Assembly: GCA_045837725.1 (NCBI GenBank)
Contig: JBEWZL010000215.1
Coordinates: 1-64,000 of the forward strand
DNA from: Vermamoeba vermiformis
Lineage: Eukaryota
DNA length: 64,000 nt
Reading direction: 5' to 3'
Made by a program: the position numbers and the translations under genes. The notes under the pieces were generated by a model, which was not told where the DNA came from, did no database searches, and worked only from the letters and a program-made list of their open reading frames with translations. Below, in pieces: positions 1 through 12,000 of this stretch (the stretch's first letter is position 1; every line of letters begins with the position of its first letter).

Positions 1-199
1 AACACTAAGAGCAATGGTCCTTTGCAGGGTTATCAAAGGCAGAGAGAACCTCAGCATTCTGCGATCCAGGACATCAAACATTTTCAACATGGGGACATGT
101 CAATCCCACAAACTTCAACAAAAACCACCTGCGACCAATGTAGAAAGATATATCCACCAACTATCACTCATACAGACACTAAATTTGTTTGTACAAAAA

Positions 200-2515
200 T
201 GAATATTCAATATATTTATTTGTATATTCAAAAAATACAGCTTCGACTTGTCTGGATCTGCTTAACCAGCTCTTGCTGCCTTCTGTTGACCTGACAACTA
301 GTATTAGAGCACTGTAGTTAATTATTTGAGTGTGTTTTCAAACTTACCAGTGGTCACTGAAGCTCCACACTGATTGATCCTGGATCGTGCACGAGCCTCT
401 GGATCGGCAAAATCTCACTTACTATTTATCCTACAAGTATGACATTAATTTTACCATAATACTCATATTATTGTCACTATGAATTGATACTTGCTGGCTC
501 GAACTGCTAACAAAAAGTTATAAAGTTTTTGGTAACGGCTAGATTTGATTTTATTAAATATTTATTTTATTATATAGTAGCAGATAATGCCACCAGTTTA
601 ACCACATAGTGTAGTTAATATTTATATTAATATTCTTGGATTACTTACTTTACTGGAAGCCACCAGACTGAAATTGGCAAATCCTGATCTCGATCCAACA
701 TCGGCTGACCATCGGATCCTCACCAATGGGCCCTCTCCTTGACCTCTTACATATTTGAATAGTAGCACACTACTGATGTGCCCCTTGAGAAGTGTATTAG
801 GAGGTTGGCAGTGCGTGCATTGGTCAGATTTTAACGAGCATCGATCACGTGCTTGACCAAAAAAAGATTTTTTTGTTCATTTTCTGTTACATTCAACTTG
901 CCAACAACACCACTATAGAATATATAAGAACACCTGTATTTGCATGGCTTCCTTTCATTGCAGCAGTAAGTAATCAAATGCGGACCCACAAAAATAAATA
1001 GTTATTATTTTTTTTTAAATATTCAAATTCAATTCTTTATTTTGTCACTCTGATGCTAATCTACCTTACTATAGCATACAAGTAATATCTGATGGCTGTA
1101 TTGGATGGTTTGGACTTATTCTGCACTGTTAGGGTTATGTAAGTCTTCAGGGTTATAGGTGTGAATCTTTGACCGTAGTCCTTGGACTACGCTCAGTCAG
1201 GAATTCTGCATTTGACCGTAGTCCTTGGACTACGCTCAGTTGAGAATTCTGAATTTGAGCGTAGTCCTTGGACTACGGTTGTTTCATCATCTTTTCAAAC
1301 TTTTGAATAGACAAATTAAATTAATATATATGCAAAATAACTTAGGTTCCCTTTCTCAGGTCACCTCTTATAACTTTGGGCAGTTTCCCCCTGTTCAAGT
1401 ATGTCATGAATTCTGTATTTGAGCGTAGTCCAAGGACTACGGTTAGTCGAGAATTCTTGATTTGACCGTAGTCCTTGGACTACGCTCAGTTGGGAATTCT
1501 GCATTTGACTGTAGTCCTTGGTCTACGGTCACGTTATCTTTACAAACTTTTGAATATACACTTTTAATTAATGTATATTCAAAATTACTTATGTACCCTT
1601 CTACAGGTCATAGAGACAATTTAAGCTGCTTTGCCCATTTTCAGGTATGTCAAGAATTCTGCATTCGAGCGTAGTCCTTGGACTACGGTTAGTCGAGAAT
1701 TCTTGATTTGACCGTAGTCCTTGGACTACGCTCAGTTGGGAATTCTGCATTTGACTGTAGTCCTTGGACTACGGTTAGTCGAGAATTCTGTATTTGACCG
1801 TAGTCCTTGGACTACACTCGAAGAATTGTTAAAGTCAATGTAGTGCCCTATGACAATGCATAGACACTATTTTTTTTGCATATTCAAAATATTGACATTC
1901 TTCAGGATATATTCAATTGGAGTTAGATTCGGTCGCTGCAACCTCCCCCACTCGCTGTAGACGACTAGCCCACAGGTATAAATGAATATACATTTTAATA
2001 TTTTGCATATTCAAATATTCTAACCCTTCATTATTAGGCTGGTACACATCAGGTCTTCAAGAATTCTTTGTTTGAGTGTAGTCCTCGGACTACGGTGGTC
2101 ATGAATTCTGGATATGACCGTAGTCCTTGGACTACGCTCAACTGAGAATTCTGTGTTTGAGTGTAGTCCTTGGACTACGGTTGATCAAGAATTCTGCACT
2201 CTACAGGTTGGACGTGCATACAAATGAATAGACATTTTGTAAGTATGCATATTCAAAATAGTTGCCACGAAACTAAGTTCCTTAACCTTAGGCTCTGCCT
2301 TCATTGTAAACCTGCCAAGGCAAATGGATGAAAAAACAATGTTTGTGATTCAAAATTGGGAATACAAAGACAGTACAGATTTTCGTATAATTGTATATTC
2401 AAAAATAAACAACATGTATTCAAATCATGGGGTTTTATTCAAAAATATGACATTTTCCAGGCTTTAGGCCTATAAGCCTTAAATTAGCTAAGCCTAACTA
2501 TATATATAATACTGC
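200..2515. repeat. Module A: first copy of a ~2.3 kb diverged direct repeat (second copy ~6070-8610)
   Basis: Collinear matches at ~6.0-6.1 kb offset: 372-417 vs 6367-6412; GTAACGGCTAGAT at 532 vs 6527; CACGTGC followed by an A-run at ~847 vs ~6849; shared 43-bp arrays; TAAGCCTAAnTATATATATAAT at 2489 vs 8586. Boundaries approximate. Confidence 0.7.
1168..2196. repeat. Array of 43-bp units with palindromic core CGTAGTCC(TT)GGACTACG plus GAATTC; 13 copies in clusters of 3+3+4+3
   Basis: Core starts at 1174, 1217, 1260, 1424, 1467, 1510, 1670, 1713, 1756, 1799, 2077, 2119, 2162; spacing within clusters is 42-43 bp. Confidence 0.95.
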
Positions 2516-2935
2516 TTTATATAAGTTCATTTACTGGGTTCAAATTCCTAAATAATCTCATTTTGCAGCAAAAAAGTTTGACAAAAAATGAGTTTAAAGC
2601 CTCTTTAAACTCTATAACCTGTGGGTTTTTATAACCCAGAAGCCTACTATAATGATATAGTATATACACATATATACCATGAATTGATAGCTTGGCTTGC
2701 AAAGGATGGCAAGCCCCAACTGTTATAAAAGTTGACATGAAAAATGGCCAAAAAATCGAAAAAACTTTGTTCAGGAGGTTATTAATTAAAAGAATCCACT
2801 TATATTACATGATGATAAACATCAATACATAAGGTATTGATACCCCAAAGATTCATCTCCCTTGTCGCTGCTGTCGTGTTTGAAACATCCCTCAATAGAA
2901 CCACGTACTCATCACTTGTCAACAACTTAGTAACT

Positions 2936-4468
2936 TTATTTATGCATATGATATGGTTTAAAACACTCAACATGAAGCACTACATTACATACATCACACT
3001 TATAAGCTGCAGAGCTGTTCTTCTTGCAATGTTCACACCTCTGTCGCTTGGCAGCAGGCTCAATCAAGTGTTGTCGAGTTTTTGAAGGGCTAAGAGGAGC
3101 CAGAACTGGAGTATGTAATTCCATAGCCAAATCAGTGAGGAATTCACTCATACTAGTGTATTTATCTGTAGCTGAAGTGCAGATCAAGTGTGCATTGGTC
3201 AGTGCAATGTAAAACAATCCTTGAAAGATTGCACGCTTCCAACTGACTGTACGATGCTTAGGAAAGTGAGCATTGATGTATCTATCAGCCAAATCAACTC
3301 CGTGCATCCAATGGTTGTAATCATTAACAACACTAGGTATGACTCGCTTTGCACCTCCAGGCTTCGTTGTGTCAGTTTCCTCCTCGGATGAACAGTTTGT
3401 GAAGAAGCAACAAGGTTTTTTATCCAAGAATTTCAGAGCAATGACTTCATCATTTCTATTAATTGCTGTCCAAGAACCTCTTGAAGTGACTGTCATTTTG
3501 TCCCAAATTGCAGTGGGATGGTTAACTTGACAAGCTAAAATGAACTTGAATCCTCGTTCTTGTAATGTATCCATCAAATCATAGCCACCATAGAAAGAGT
3601 CCACAATAATAACAAAGTTTGTTGATGGCAGTTGGTCGGCAAATTGAACAACCAAATCATGAACAGATGGGTGATCTCCCAAATAGAACCAAAAGCCATA
3701 AATAAACCCTTTGTTATCACACATTGCATACAACTTCAATCCTGTTGCATTGGGTTTTCCTCGGACATGTTGTCTGTATCTAAACCTTCCTTTGAACAGG
3801 ATCAATGTTTCATCGATAGAGATAAACGGAAACGGACGCCACTGTTTTTGAGAAGCTGCCACTGTTTGCTTTGTGATAAATTCAATGTCACAGAAGATGA
3901 ACTTTCTTATTTGTAGCCAGCGATCCCGTGACATGCCAGAGTTGCGAATAAAATCGTTGCCAAAGATGCCACTGTTCGAAGTAGGCTTGGCCCAATATTT
4001 CTCAAATGCAGGCTGAGGACAAAGACCCATCACAATTTGGATTGCTAACCAGGTTTTAAGCTCTTCTAAGTCAATGTCTTTCCAGTTTGCATTAGAAGAA
4101 CTGCCATTGAGCTCGGCATCTTCTACTTCCTCTTCAATTTCATCTGATGAATCATCCTCCTTGACTTGCTCATCCTCAGTCCATCCTGGAGTGTTTGTTC
4201 TCCCTCTTTGGTTAGTGCAATCAATAATGTGCTGCCAAACTTCGTTATTCCAGATCAAATTCAACGAATCAAGGGGAGTGGAGACATGGCGTCCATTAGT
4301 TGCTCCACAATGCTTAGTGTTGAACTGCATTGCAGGGGGAGTAAAGTAATCACCAGTCCATGTGCCATATCTATGAACAAAGTCTTCAGCCTTTAATTCC
4401 TTGAAATTGACAATAGGAGGGACCCGGTCATCAGAGCTGGGCTTTGAATTTTTTTTCTTGGGTGGCAT
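2936..4468 (-). CDS. piggyBac-family (PGBD-like) DDD transposase, 510 aa, intact and intronless
   Basis: Catalytic-type motifs SIDET, VDSFY, GVDLAD; KPNATGLK motif; MSRDRW; YNHWM; C-terminal Cys-rich domain CEHC...CDVCNVVLHVECFKPYH; basic N-terminus (PPKKK). Confidence 0.93.
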   Translation of the reverse strand: MPPKKKNSKPSSDDRVPPIVNFKELKAEDFVHRYGTWTGDYFTPPAMQFNTKHCGATNGRHVSTPLDSLNLIWNNEVWQHIIDCTNQRGRTNTPGWTEDEQVKEDDSSDEIEEEVEDAELNGSSSNANWKDIDLEELKTWLAIQIVMGLCPQPAFEKYWAKPTSNSGIFGNDFIRNSGMSRDRWLQIRKFIFCDIEFITKQTVAASQKQWRPFPFISIDETLILFKGRFRYRQHVRGKPNATGLKLYAMCDNKGFIYGFWFYLGDHPSVHDLVVQFADQLPSTNFVIIVDSFYGGYDLMDTLQERGFKFILACQVNHPTAIWDKMTVTSRGSWTAINRNDEVIALKFLDKKPCCFFTNCSSEEETDTTKPGGAKRVIPSVVNDYNHWMHGVDLADRYINAHFPKHRTVSWKRAIFQGLFYIALTNAHLICTSATDKYTSMSEFLTDLAMELHTPVLAPLSPSKTRQHLIEPAAKRQRCEHCKKNSSAAYKCDVCNVVLHVECFKPYHMHK

Positions 4469-5152
4469 CTAGCAGTTTATCATAATTATTATAATATTAC
4501 ATATATTATAACTATGCTATAGGGATACTAAAAATATTTAAATATGCTTGCCTTATATTTAATAAATTAATTAAAAATCAGATCTGAAAAACCGATCTGC
4601 TACCACTTCAACTATTCTATGCCTTATATATTATATATATAGTACCTATATAGTAATATATGACAATGGTATTATGGTGACCACTCCTGATATGCTAGGT
4701 AACTGAACAAGAAAATGAATTTGGCCAAAAAAACAGTCGCATTTAACTTTTGGCGGGAAACGAAATTTCTGGTGAAATTTCCCAGGGATACAACCCATGT
4801 ACCATCAACAATGCAATCACCAAATAGCAAGAATGCATCTATCATTCACTCAAAGATAGCTCAAAAATGCTGTTTTTTTGCTCAGGGTTCGAAAGGATAT
4901 GGAAATTGCCCGTAAAAAAAAATCACGTGACCGGGAAAAAAAAAAGGGGACTTGGGGATCTGATACTAACTTTGCATTTTTTGATGCAAAAACGACCCTG
5001 AACGATGCCAGTGAAGTGGAAATCGACCTGTAACAGGGGTCTGATCGGATTTTGGCACATTTTTGCACAAGTATCGGAAAACCAAATTTCTATATACAAA
5101 AATTATATTTGACTATATAAATTCAACATCACACCAAGATTAAACATTTTTA

Positions 5153-6032
5153 ATGGGATTTAGAAGATTATTTGGCAGGAGAATACGCCCCAAGCGCATT
5201 ATTGGACGCCTGGCCTTTAGGCGTAAGACCATCAAAGGATTGAAGCCTCTCAAGGAGAATGATCCACGCGTGGCAGATCTGAAACTTATTTCAACTGAGT
5301 AAGCACCAAAAAATTTAGAAAAAATATTAAAAATTCTGAAACATACTTTTAAATAGCTACACCCATTTGGACTCCAATGGCAAGGTGATCTTCAGGCTGT
5401 GGAAAAATAAGATCCCGAAGAAGTACCTGAACAACTTGGTCAAATCATCCCGTGCTCTTAAGAAAGCTTTTAGACCTAGAATTAAAAAGTCCAAGAGTTA
5501 TCACCTTGGATATTGGAGAAGATTTCGGCGCACCATGTTTCGATCTGCGGATGCAAACTACAGCCTGTGGTGGAACAAGGGAGTATTCATTGACAATGTC
5601 ATCAACAAGAAGTTCTTCAAGATGATTGATAGACTATTTTATTGGACTGACAAAACTCTGCACAATGAGTACGCTGCAGTAAGTTGATATTTATATACAA
5701 AAATCATTTATGTATATACATTTTCTTGACAGATACAAACTCCTGGGCCTCGAGTTGTAGGAGATACCTTCTTGATGTGTGTGGTGAACTGGGGAGGCAC
5801 AGGACCCCATTATGATCACATGGACAGACCTGATGGCCTTTGCTTCGTAGTTCCTTTTGGCACTTTCAAAGGTGGAGACTTGGTGTTCAGTGACCTTGGT
5901 TATCGCATCCAGTTTGAGGCAGGTGATGTTATCTTTTTCCAGTCGCAGAAGCTTCTACATGAAAATATGCCAGTCACTGAAGGGGAAAGACAATCTATTG
6001 TCTTCTGCACTGATCGCTACTGTTTTAACTAA
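5153..6032 (+). CDS. TET/JBP-like 2OG-Fe(II) dioxygenase, 255 aa; exons 5153-5298, 5357-5678, 5733-6032
   Basis: Both GT-AG introns keep the frame. The double-stranded beta-helix carries NWGGTGPHYDHMD (HxD), FGTFKGGDL, GDVIFFQSQKLLHEN (distal His) and GERQSIVF (Arg), the motif pattern of nucleic-acid-modifying TET/JBP oxygenases. The N-terminus is very Arg/Lys-rich. Confidence 0.82.
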
Positions 6033-6069
6033 TGAATTAAGTTTTTATATATGTAGAAATGAAAATTGT

Positions 6070-8610
6070 ATATTCAAAAATAAATTTATTTATACATCCT
6101 ACAATAAGCTCGTTACATTAAGTCCTAAATGCCTCATGTTGCCTCCTTGATATCGAAACCAACATCCACATATCAAGGATATGTTTGAAAAGGTAGTGGA
6201 AGGCTGAAAAGCAGATCCTTGATCCGGGTCACCACCGGATGTTGACCAACTGGGGGCTTCCTTGACATTGCAGAGCTATATCTACCCTAGCACACGAAGA
6301 GCATTAGTAAGTATACTTATGTACTTAATGTAGTTTACTTACTGGTTACACAGGAGGGTCTGCAGTGATCGATCGTGGATGGAGCACGCATACCTGGATC
6401 AACAAAATCTCAGCAACTAAAAGTGATAGAAAAAAAATAAAAATATCCTGTTCATTAGAATATCATAGTGAATAACATATTAAACAATTGGCTTGAAATA
6501 CTTTCACATATGAAAATTGAATTTTTGTAACGGCTAGATCTTTTACCGCCACAATTAAATAAATTATAATTTCAGCAGGATGTAACAGAATTTACAACCT
6601 GCTTCACCACAAACATACCACTATATATATATAATATTACTTACCTTAATATTTAATTCTGAAAGCTGGTAAAGCTTCCAGCAAGATCCCGATCGTCGGC
6701 CAAACTGGTTTGATGATCTGGATCAGACCATGCAAGCTGCTGCTGGGGCAGCCATTGTTGAGAAGTAAGGCAGCATTGATGCGTGCCTTTTTTGATGCAT
6801 AAGATTTATGGCTGCCCGTGCACACAAGTCTGTTTTGGTTCGGCAAGGCACGTGCCCTGACAAAAAAAAATTACTAAGTTTTTTTCTTCAACATAAACTT
6901 TCAATTTTCAACACAAACACCACATATAGTGTCGCATCTGCCTATAATACCCTTAATTAAAGCTTCTGCATGTAAGTAAACAGTAACGACTATATGAATT
7001 TAAATTTTGTATATATAAATTAACATTTACGTTAATTAAATAACTAATTCACATGTAAAATTATTTACTATTAACATTAATACTGCAGATAATGTCACAA
7101 CAACCTTCCTCCTTTGTGGCTGAATGATTGAGTCCAGTTATAATGGTGCTAGGTACGTTCTCACAGTTTTTCAACCTTTTGCATAACCCGTAAATTTCCA
7201 ATTCAAGCGTAGTCCTTGGACTACGCTCAAAGTATACAAAAGTATAACCCTGGAATTATCAAGAATTCTGGATTTGAGCGTAGTCCTCGGACTACACTCA
7301 GTTGGGAATTCTGTATTTGACCGTAGTCCTTGGACTACGCTCAGTTGGGAATTCTTGATTTGAGCGTAGTCCTTGGACTACACTCACTTGGGAATTCTTG
7401 ATTTGAGCGTAGTCCACGGACTACGGTCACTCTTAATTTAAATACGTTGGTAATTTGTACAAATACTTTTCAAATTCGTATATACGAATACTAATACATT
7501 CATATTAGTTTCTCAATGGTATACGCCTAACTGTGTAATGCATTTGGATGTTGATGGTAAGTTAAGAATTCTGTATTTGACCGTAGTCCGAGGACTACGC
7601 TCAGTTGAGAATTCTGGATTTGACCGTAGTCCTTGGACTACGCTCAGTTGAGAATTCTAGATTTGAGCGTAGTCCTTGGACTACGGTCATCAAAGGGTTA
7701 TACTTTTATTCAGGGTTATACTTTGACTGTAGTCCTTGGACTACGCTCAGTTGGGAATTCTTGATTTGAGCGTAGTCCTCGGACTACACTCAGTTGGGAA
7801 TTCTTAATTTGAGCGTAGTCCAAGGACTACACTCAGTTGAGAATTCTGAGTTTGAGCGTAGTCCTTGGACTACGGTCAAGGTATAACCCTAGATAAAAAG
7901 TATAACCTTTGGCAAATGTTTCCAAGTTCCACAACCAAACCCCATATTTCGTATATACAAATTTGATTCTTGTTTATATAGAAATGGACTCGACTTAGCA
8001 AAACTGCAAAGTGCTGCAGGCAAGTGCATCGTATGGATACTTTTATTTTCATATATACAATTATCATTTTTCTTTATACATATTAACAAAAAATTCCAGT
8101 TGCTGTACCAGTGCATCAGCACATAGATATTGGCACCGAGAATTCTGTCTTTTTGCATAGTTACTAAATATATATATACGGATTTTGATTTTGTATATAT
8201 AGATTGTTAACCCCTACACAAGCCCTAGTGCTAGCCCTTCTGCCGTGCAAGCCTTGGTACTGTAGCCTCAAGTGTACCAAATTTGATAAAATGAACATAC
8301 AATTTTCAATTTTATTTATAACTTTTTTGACTTACCCCAACGCCTTGGTTTTTTAGCAATGCCAGGGAGATACACCTTGGTTTCTTGTAATTGTAAACTC
8401 CTTTTATAAAATAAACCACCGAATCTGTATTTTTTGAATCTTGGATGGTTCAGGGTTATGTCACAGAAAAACACACAATCCAAATATACAAAACTTGAAA
8501 TTGTATAGTGAAATTCTAGTTTATTTATAAAAGTTACAATTTTGGGGTTATCCCGCAGGAAAAGGCTTATAACCCTTAAAAGGACTAAGCCTAAGTATAT
8601 ATATAATCTA
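6070..8610. repeat. Module A': second diverged direct copy of module A
   Basis: Same landmarks as module A, in the same order and orientation. Confidence 0.7.
7203..7880. repeat. Second array of the 43-bp palindromic unit; 12 copies
   Basis: Core starts at 7208, 7279, 7322, 7365, 7408, 7582, 7625, 7668, 7728, 7771, 7814, 7857; linker CTCAGTTGRGAATTC is in the same orientation as in the first array. Confidence 0.95.
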
Positions 8611-8996
8611 CAAATGCAATATAAATCTAATCCTGACGTAAACGAAAGATTTATTCTCAAGCCTGTTGTGAGATCTGTTTCTGATTCAGGAGATGATTTG
8701 TTTAGCACTGGCAACAAATCAATTTCTGGCTCAAGAAAGGATTTGTTGACCATTGACAGGTGACTCATCCCAAGCCAAGAAAGATTTATTAACCACTGCT
8801 AATTCATTCATTCCTGAATCAAGAAGGGATTAATCTACAAACAATAGCAAGTCCAATTCCTAAACAGATTTATTCCCAGGTATCCTTTTGTGGTTCAAAA
8901 AGATTTTTTATTTAAATCAAATTTTGTGGAGACCAACCAGCCCTAAACCACCCTAATCTCAGACCCTAACCATGGCTTGATCAGCGACAAATGTTT

Positions 8997-9066
8997 GGGC
9001 ACCTAGGATTCCGTGACTGGGCACCTAGGATTCCGGGCACCTAGAATTCCGGTCACCTGGGATTCT
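8997..9066. repeat. Minisatellite, 4 copies of GGGCACCTAGGATTCC (two degenerate)
   Basis: Directly visible tandem copies. Confidence 0.85.
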
Positions 9067-9069
9067 GTG

Positions 9070-12000
9070 GGTCAGGCCAGGTCCTCCAAATACTGGGGAC
9101 TTCGAGGGGAAATGCACAAGCTACCAGCATATCCCCTGCATGAGGAAAGGGGAAGTTAGGTGTTGGACCAAGGTCAAGACCTGGATTGGTCCCGAGAGGG
9201 GTCCAGGTGGGGAGCTGAGGGGTCTGGGTGGGGAAATGCAAGGATCAGGGCAGGTCGGGAGGGGGGGGTTCAACCAAATTGAGAGGGGACTTCAAGGGTG
9301 ATATGCACGAGGTACCAGGGTATCCCTGTGCAAAGAAAGGGGTGTGTTAGGTGTCGAAGGAAGGTCGAGACCCAGGGAGGTCTGGAGAGGGGTTTGATGG
9401 GGAAAGACAGGGGTCCGAGGGGGAAAGTACAGGGGTGGGGGCAGACAAGGGGGTGAACAGGGTGCGTCAACCAAATCGAGTGGGGACTTCGGGGGGATAT
9501 GCTGGAGGTACTGGGGTATCCCCTGCACGAAGAAAGGGGGAGGTTGCTTGTTGGCCTGAGGTCAAGACCCAGGTCAGTCCCAGGAGGTTGAGGGTTGATT
9601 TGATCAGACAAAGGGGAGGTTCAATTGAGCAGATAGGAGGAAGGAGGGGGGAAGTCCCCCACCCAGGTAAGTCGTCGGGTTGGGTCCACAGAACAGAATG
9701 GGACCTTCGAGGGGGATATGTGGGAGGTACCGGCATATCCCAGGCATGAGAAAGGGGGAGGGTAGGTTTTGTACCAAGGTCAAGACCCGGGTCAGTCCCA
9801 AGAGTGGTCCAGGTGGGGAAGTGCAAGGGGCAGGGGGTTGGGAAGGGGTCAGGCATGTCAACCAAATTGAGTGGGGACTTCAAAGGGGATATGCATGAGG
9901 TACCGGGGTATCCCCTGCATGAAGAAAGTGGAGGTTAGGAGTTGGACCAAGGTTGTGACCTGGGTAGGACAGGAGAGGGGCTTGATGGGGAAAGAGGGAG
10001 TCTGAGGGGGAAAGTACAGGGGTGGGTCAGGAGGGTGGTTGGGGTGGTTCAACCACTTCAAGTGGGAACTTCAAGGGGATATGCACGAGGTACCATATCC
10101 CCAATGTGAAGAACGGGGTGGGTTAGGTGTCGAAGGAAGGTCGTGACCCAGGTCAGTCCTGAGAGGGGTCATGGTGGGAAGCCAAGGAGTTCAGGTGGGG
10201 AGGTGCAAGGATCAGGGCAGGGCAGGAGGGTGGTCAGGGTGGGTCAACCAAATTGAGTGGAAACTTCAAGGGGTGAGGTACCAGGGTACCCCCTCCATGA
10301 ATACAGGGGAGGTTGGTTGTTGGCCTGAGGTCAAGACCCACGTCAGTCCCAGGAGGTTAAGGGTCGATCCAATGAAGGGGAGGTTCAATTGAGCACATGG
10401 GTGGAAAGAGGGGGAGGTCCCATGTCCAGGCAGGTTGTCAGCTTGGGTCTGCGGCATGGGACCTTCAAGGGGGATATGCAGGGGGTGTCAGGGCATCCAC
10501 AGAGTGAAAGATGGGGGGAGTTAGGTTCCCACCCATCCTACCCTCTGCCCAGCCACGTCAAGGCCCATAAGGTCAAACCTACAGGGCAGTGCAGGACCAA
10601 GCTGAGGACTGCCTAGGGGGACTCACAGTGGGGACAGGTGGCAGATGTGGTGAATGTAGGCCTCTCACAGTGAAGGAGGCAGAGGTTATGGACAGAGGCA
10701 AAATATTTGCTCCAAGTGATGGGACCTGAACCTCAAGGTCAAAACTTGAAAAGAGGGACAAATGCAATCTCACTTACCTGGTCTTCCACCAAGAGGCTGA
10801 TTGTTAGGCACAACAGGAGGTTGGGGGGTTAACCAAATTACATGGGACTTCAAGGCAAATCCGTGCAAGGTGTATCCCTTGCACAAAGCAAGAGGGAGGT
10901 TGGGTGTTGGACCAAGACCTGGGTCAGTCCCAGGAAGTTGAGGGTTGACTTGATTAGATGAACAGGAGGTTTGATTGAGCAGATGGCCCAGGGAGCAAGG
11001 TAGTCATCTGGGTGGGTCAATGGGATGGAGTGATAGCTTTGAGAGGGGTGTGGGAGGTTCTGGGGTAACCCCTGCATGAAGAAAGGGGGAGTTAGGTCAA
11101 GAAATGTCACCCAGGAAGCGTCAACTGGATTGAGCCAGCAAGGAGAAGTCCAGATCCAGGGTGGTGGGTGGTGATAGCTACCAATCACAGGGTCACCCTT
11201 CAAAGCTGAGTTGAGCAGACAGGGTGGCTGAAAGTTGTATGTGATGGGTCAACAACTGTTTGAAGTGGGATACCCTGGCAACAAATAGACATGAAGTTAG
11301 ATCTATTGGGGATTGGATGTTACAGGCACTCAAAAAAGAGCAGAAATTCATCTACAGATGCCAGGACTTTGTCCAGGTAGTAGTGTGCACATACAAAGGT
11401 CACCAGTGGTGCCTGAGGAGCATGGTGGTCCTGGCCTGTAGCACCTTCAGGCAGCCTTCATTCAAGGTAATTGTCCGACCCTTAGATGGTCCAAGGTCTC
11501 CATCAGCCAATCAAAACATCCAAAGGGTCAGAGCTGGCAACTGTTGACAATTCCTCAAGGATCACCCTCTGTGGGTCAGAACCTTGAGAGAACAAGGCCC
11601 CAGACCCTTGACCAGGTTGGACCTGCAACCAAGGTGATAGGTTGCAAACCATTAATCAAACATGATAAGTGAGCTTGGCAAAGTCCAGTACTTCCAGTTC
11701 AGCCAAGTTGACCTCCCTTCCTGAGTCATAAAGGGATTAGAGAAATGGCATGCACTCAATAAGAGACATACCTGTGTTTTTTTATCAAATTGAAGGTTTC
11801 TTTTCTCCTTGCTTTACCAAGTTCAAGATCTGGGTAGCTTGGGTAGATTGCCTGTAAACTCGAATTAGAATCTCTTCTTGGGTCAGGAAAGGATTATCTC
11901 ACTGCAACTTTAATCTTTCCCCTCTCTGACTCAGGAAGGGATTTTCCCTCTCTGATTCAGGAAGGGACTCTTAATTTTGAATAAAACTTAGAAATTTTCT

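Noticed and set aside
1-294. Short plus-strand ORFs with a CxxC (CDQC)
   Set aside because: Truncated by the window edge, with no recognisable family.
1168-7880. CRISPR array interpretation of the palindromic 43-bp repeats
   Set aside because: The intervening sequences are near-identical linkers rather than unique spacers, there are no cas genes, and the context is eukaryotic.
2282-8215. TTAACC sites at ~2282 and ~8207 as piggyBac termini
   Set aside because: Both face the same way and sit at equivalent positions of the direct-repeat module; no matching inverted partner was found.
8941-8970. Telomere-like CCCTAA motifs (also ~12583)
   Set aside because: Only 1-3 interrupted copies; not a telomeric tract.
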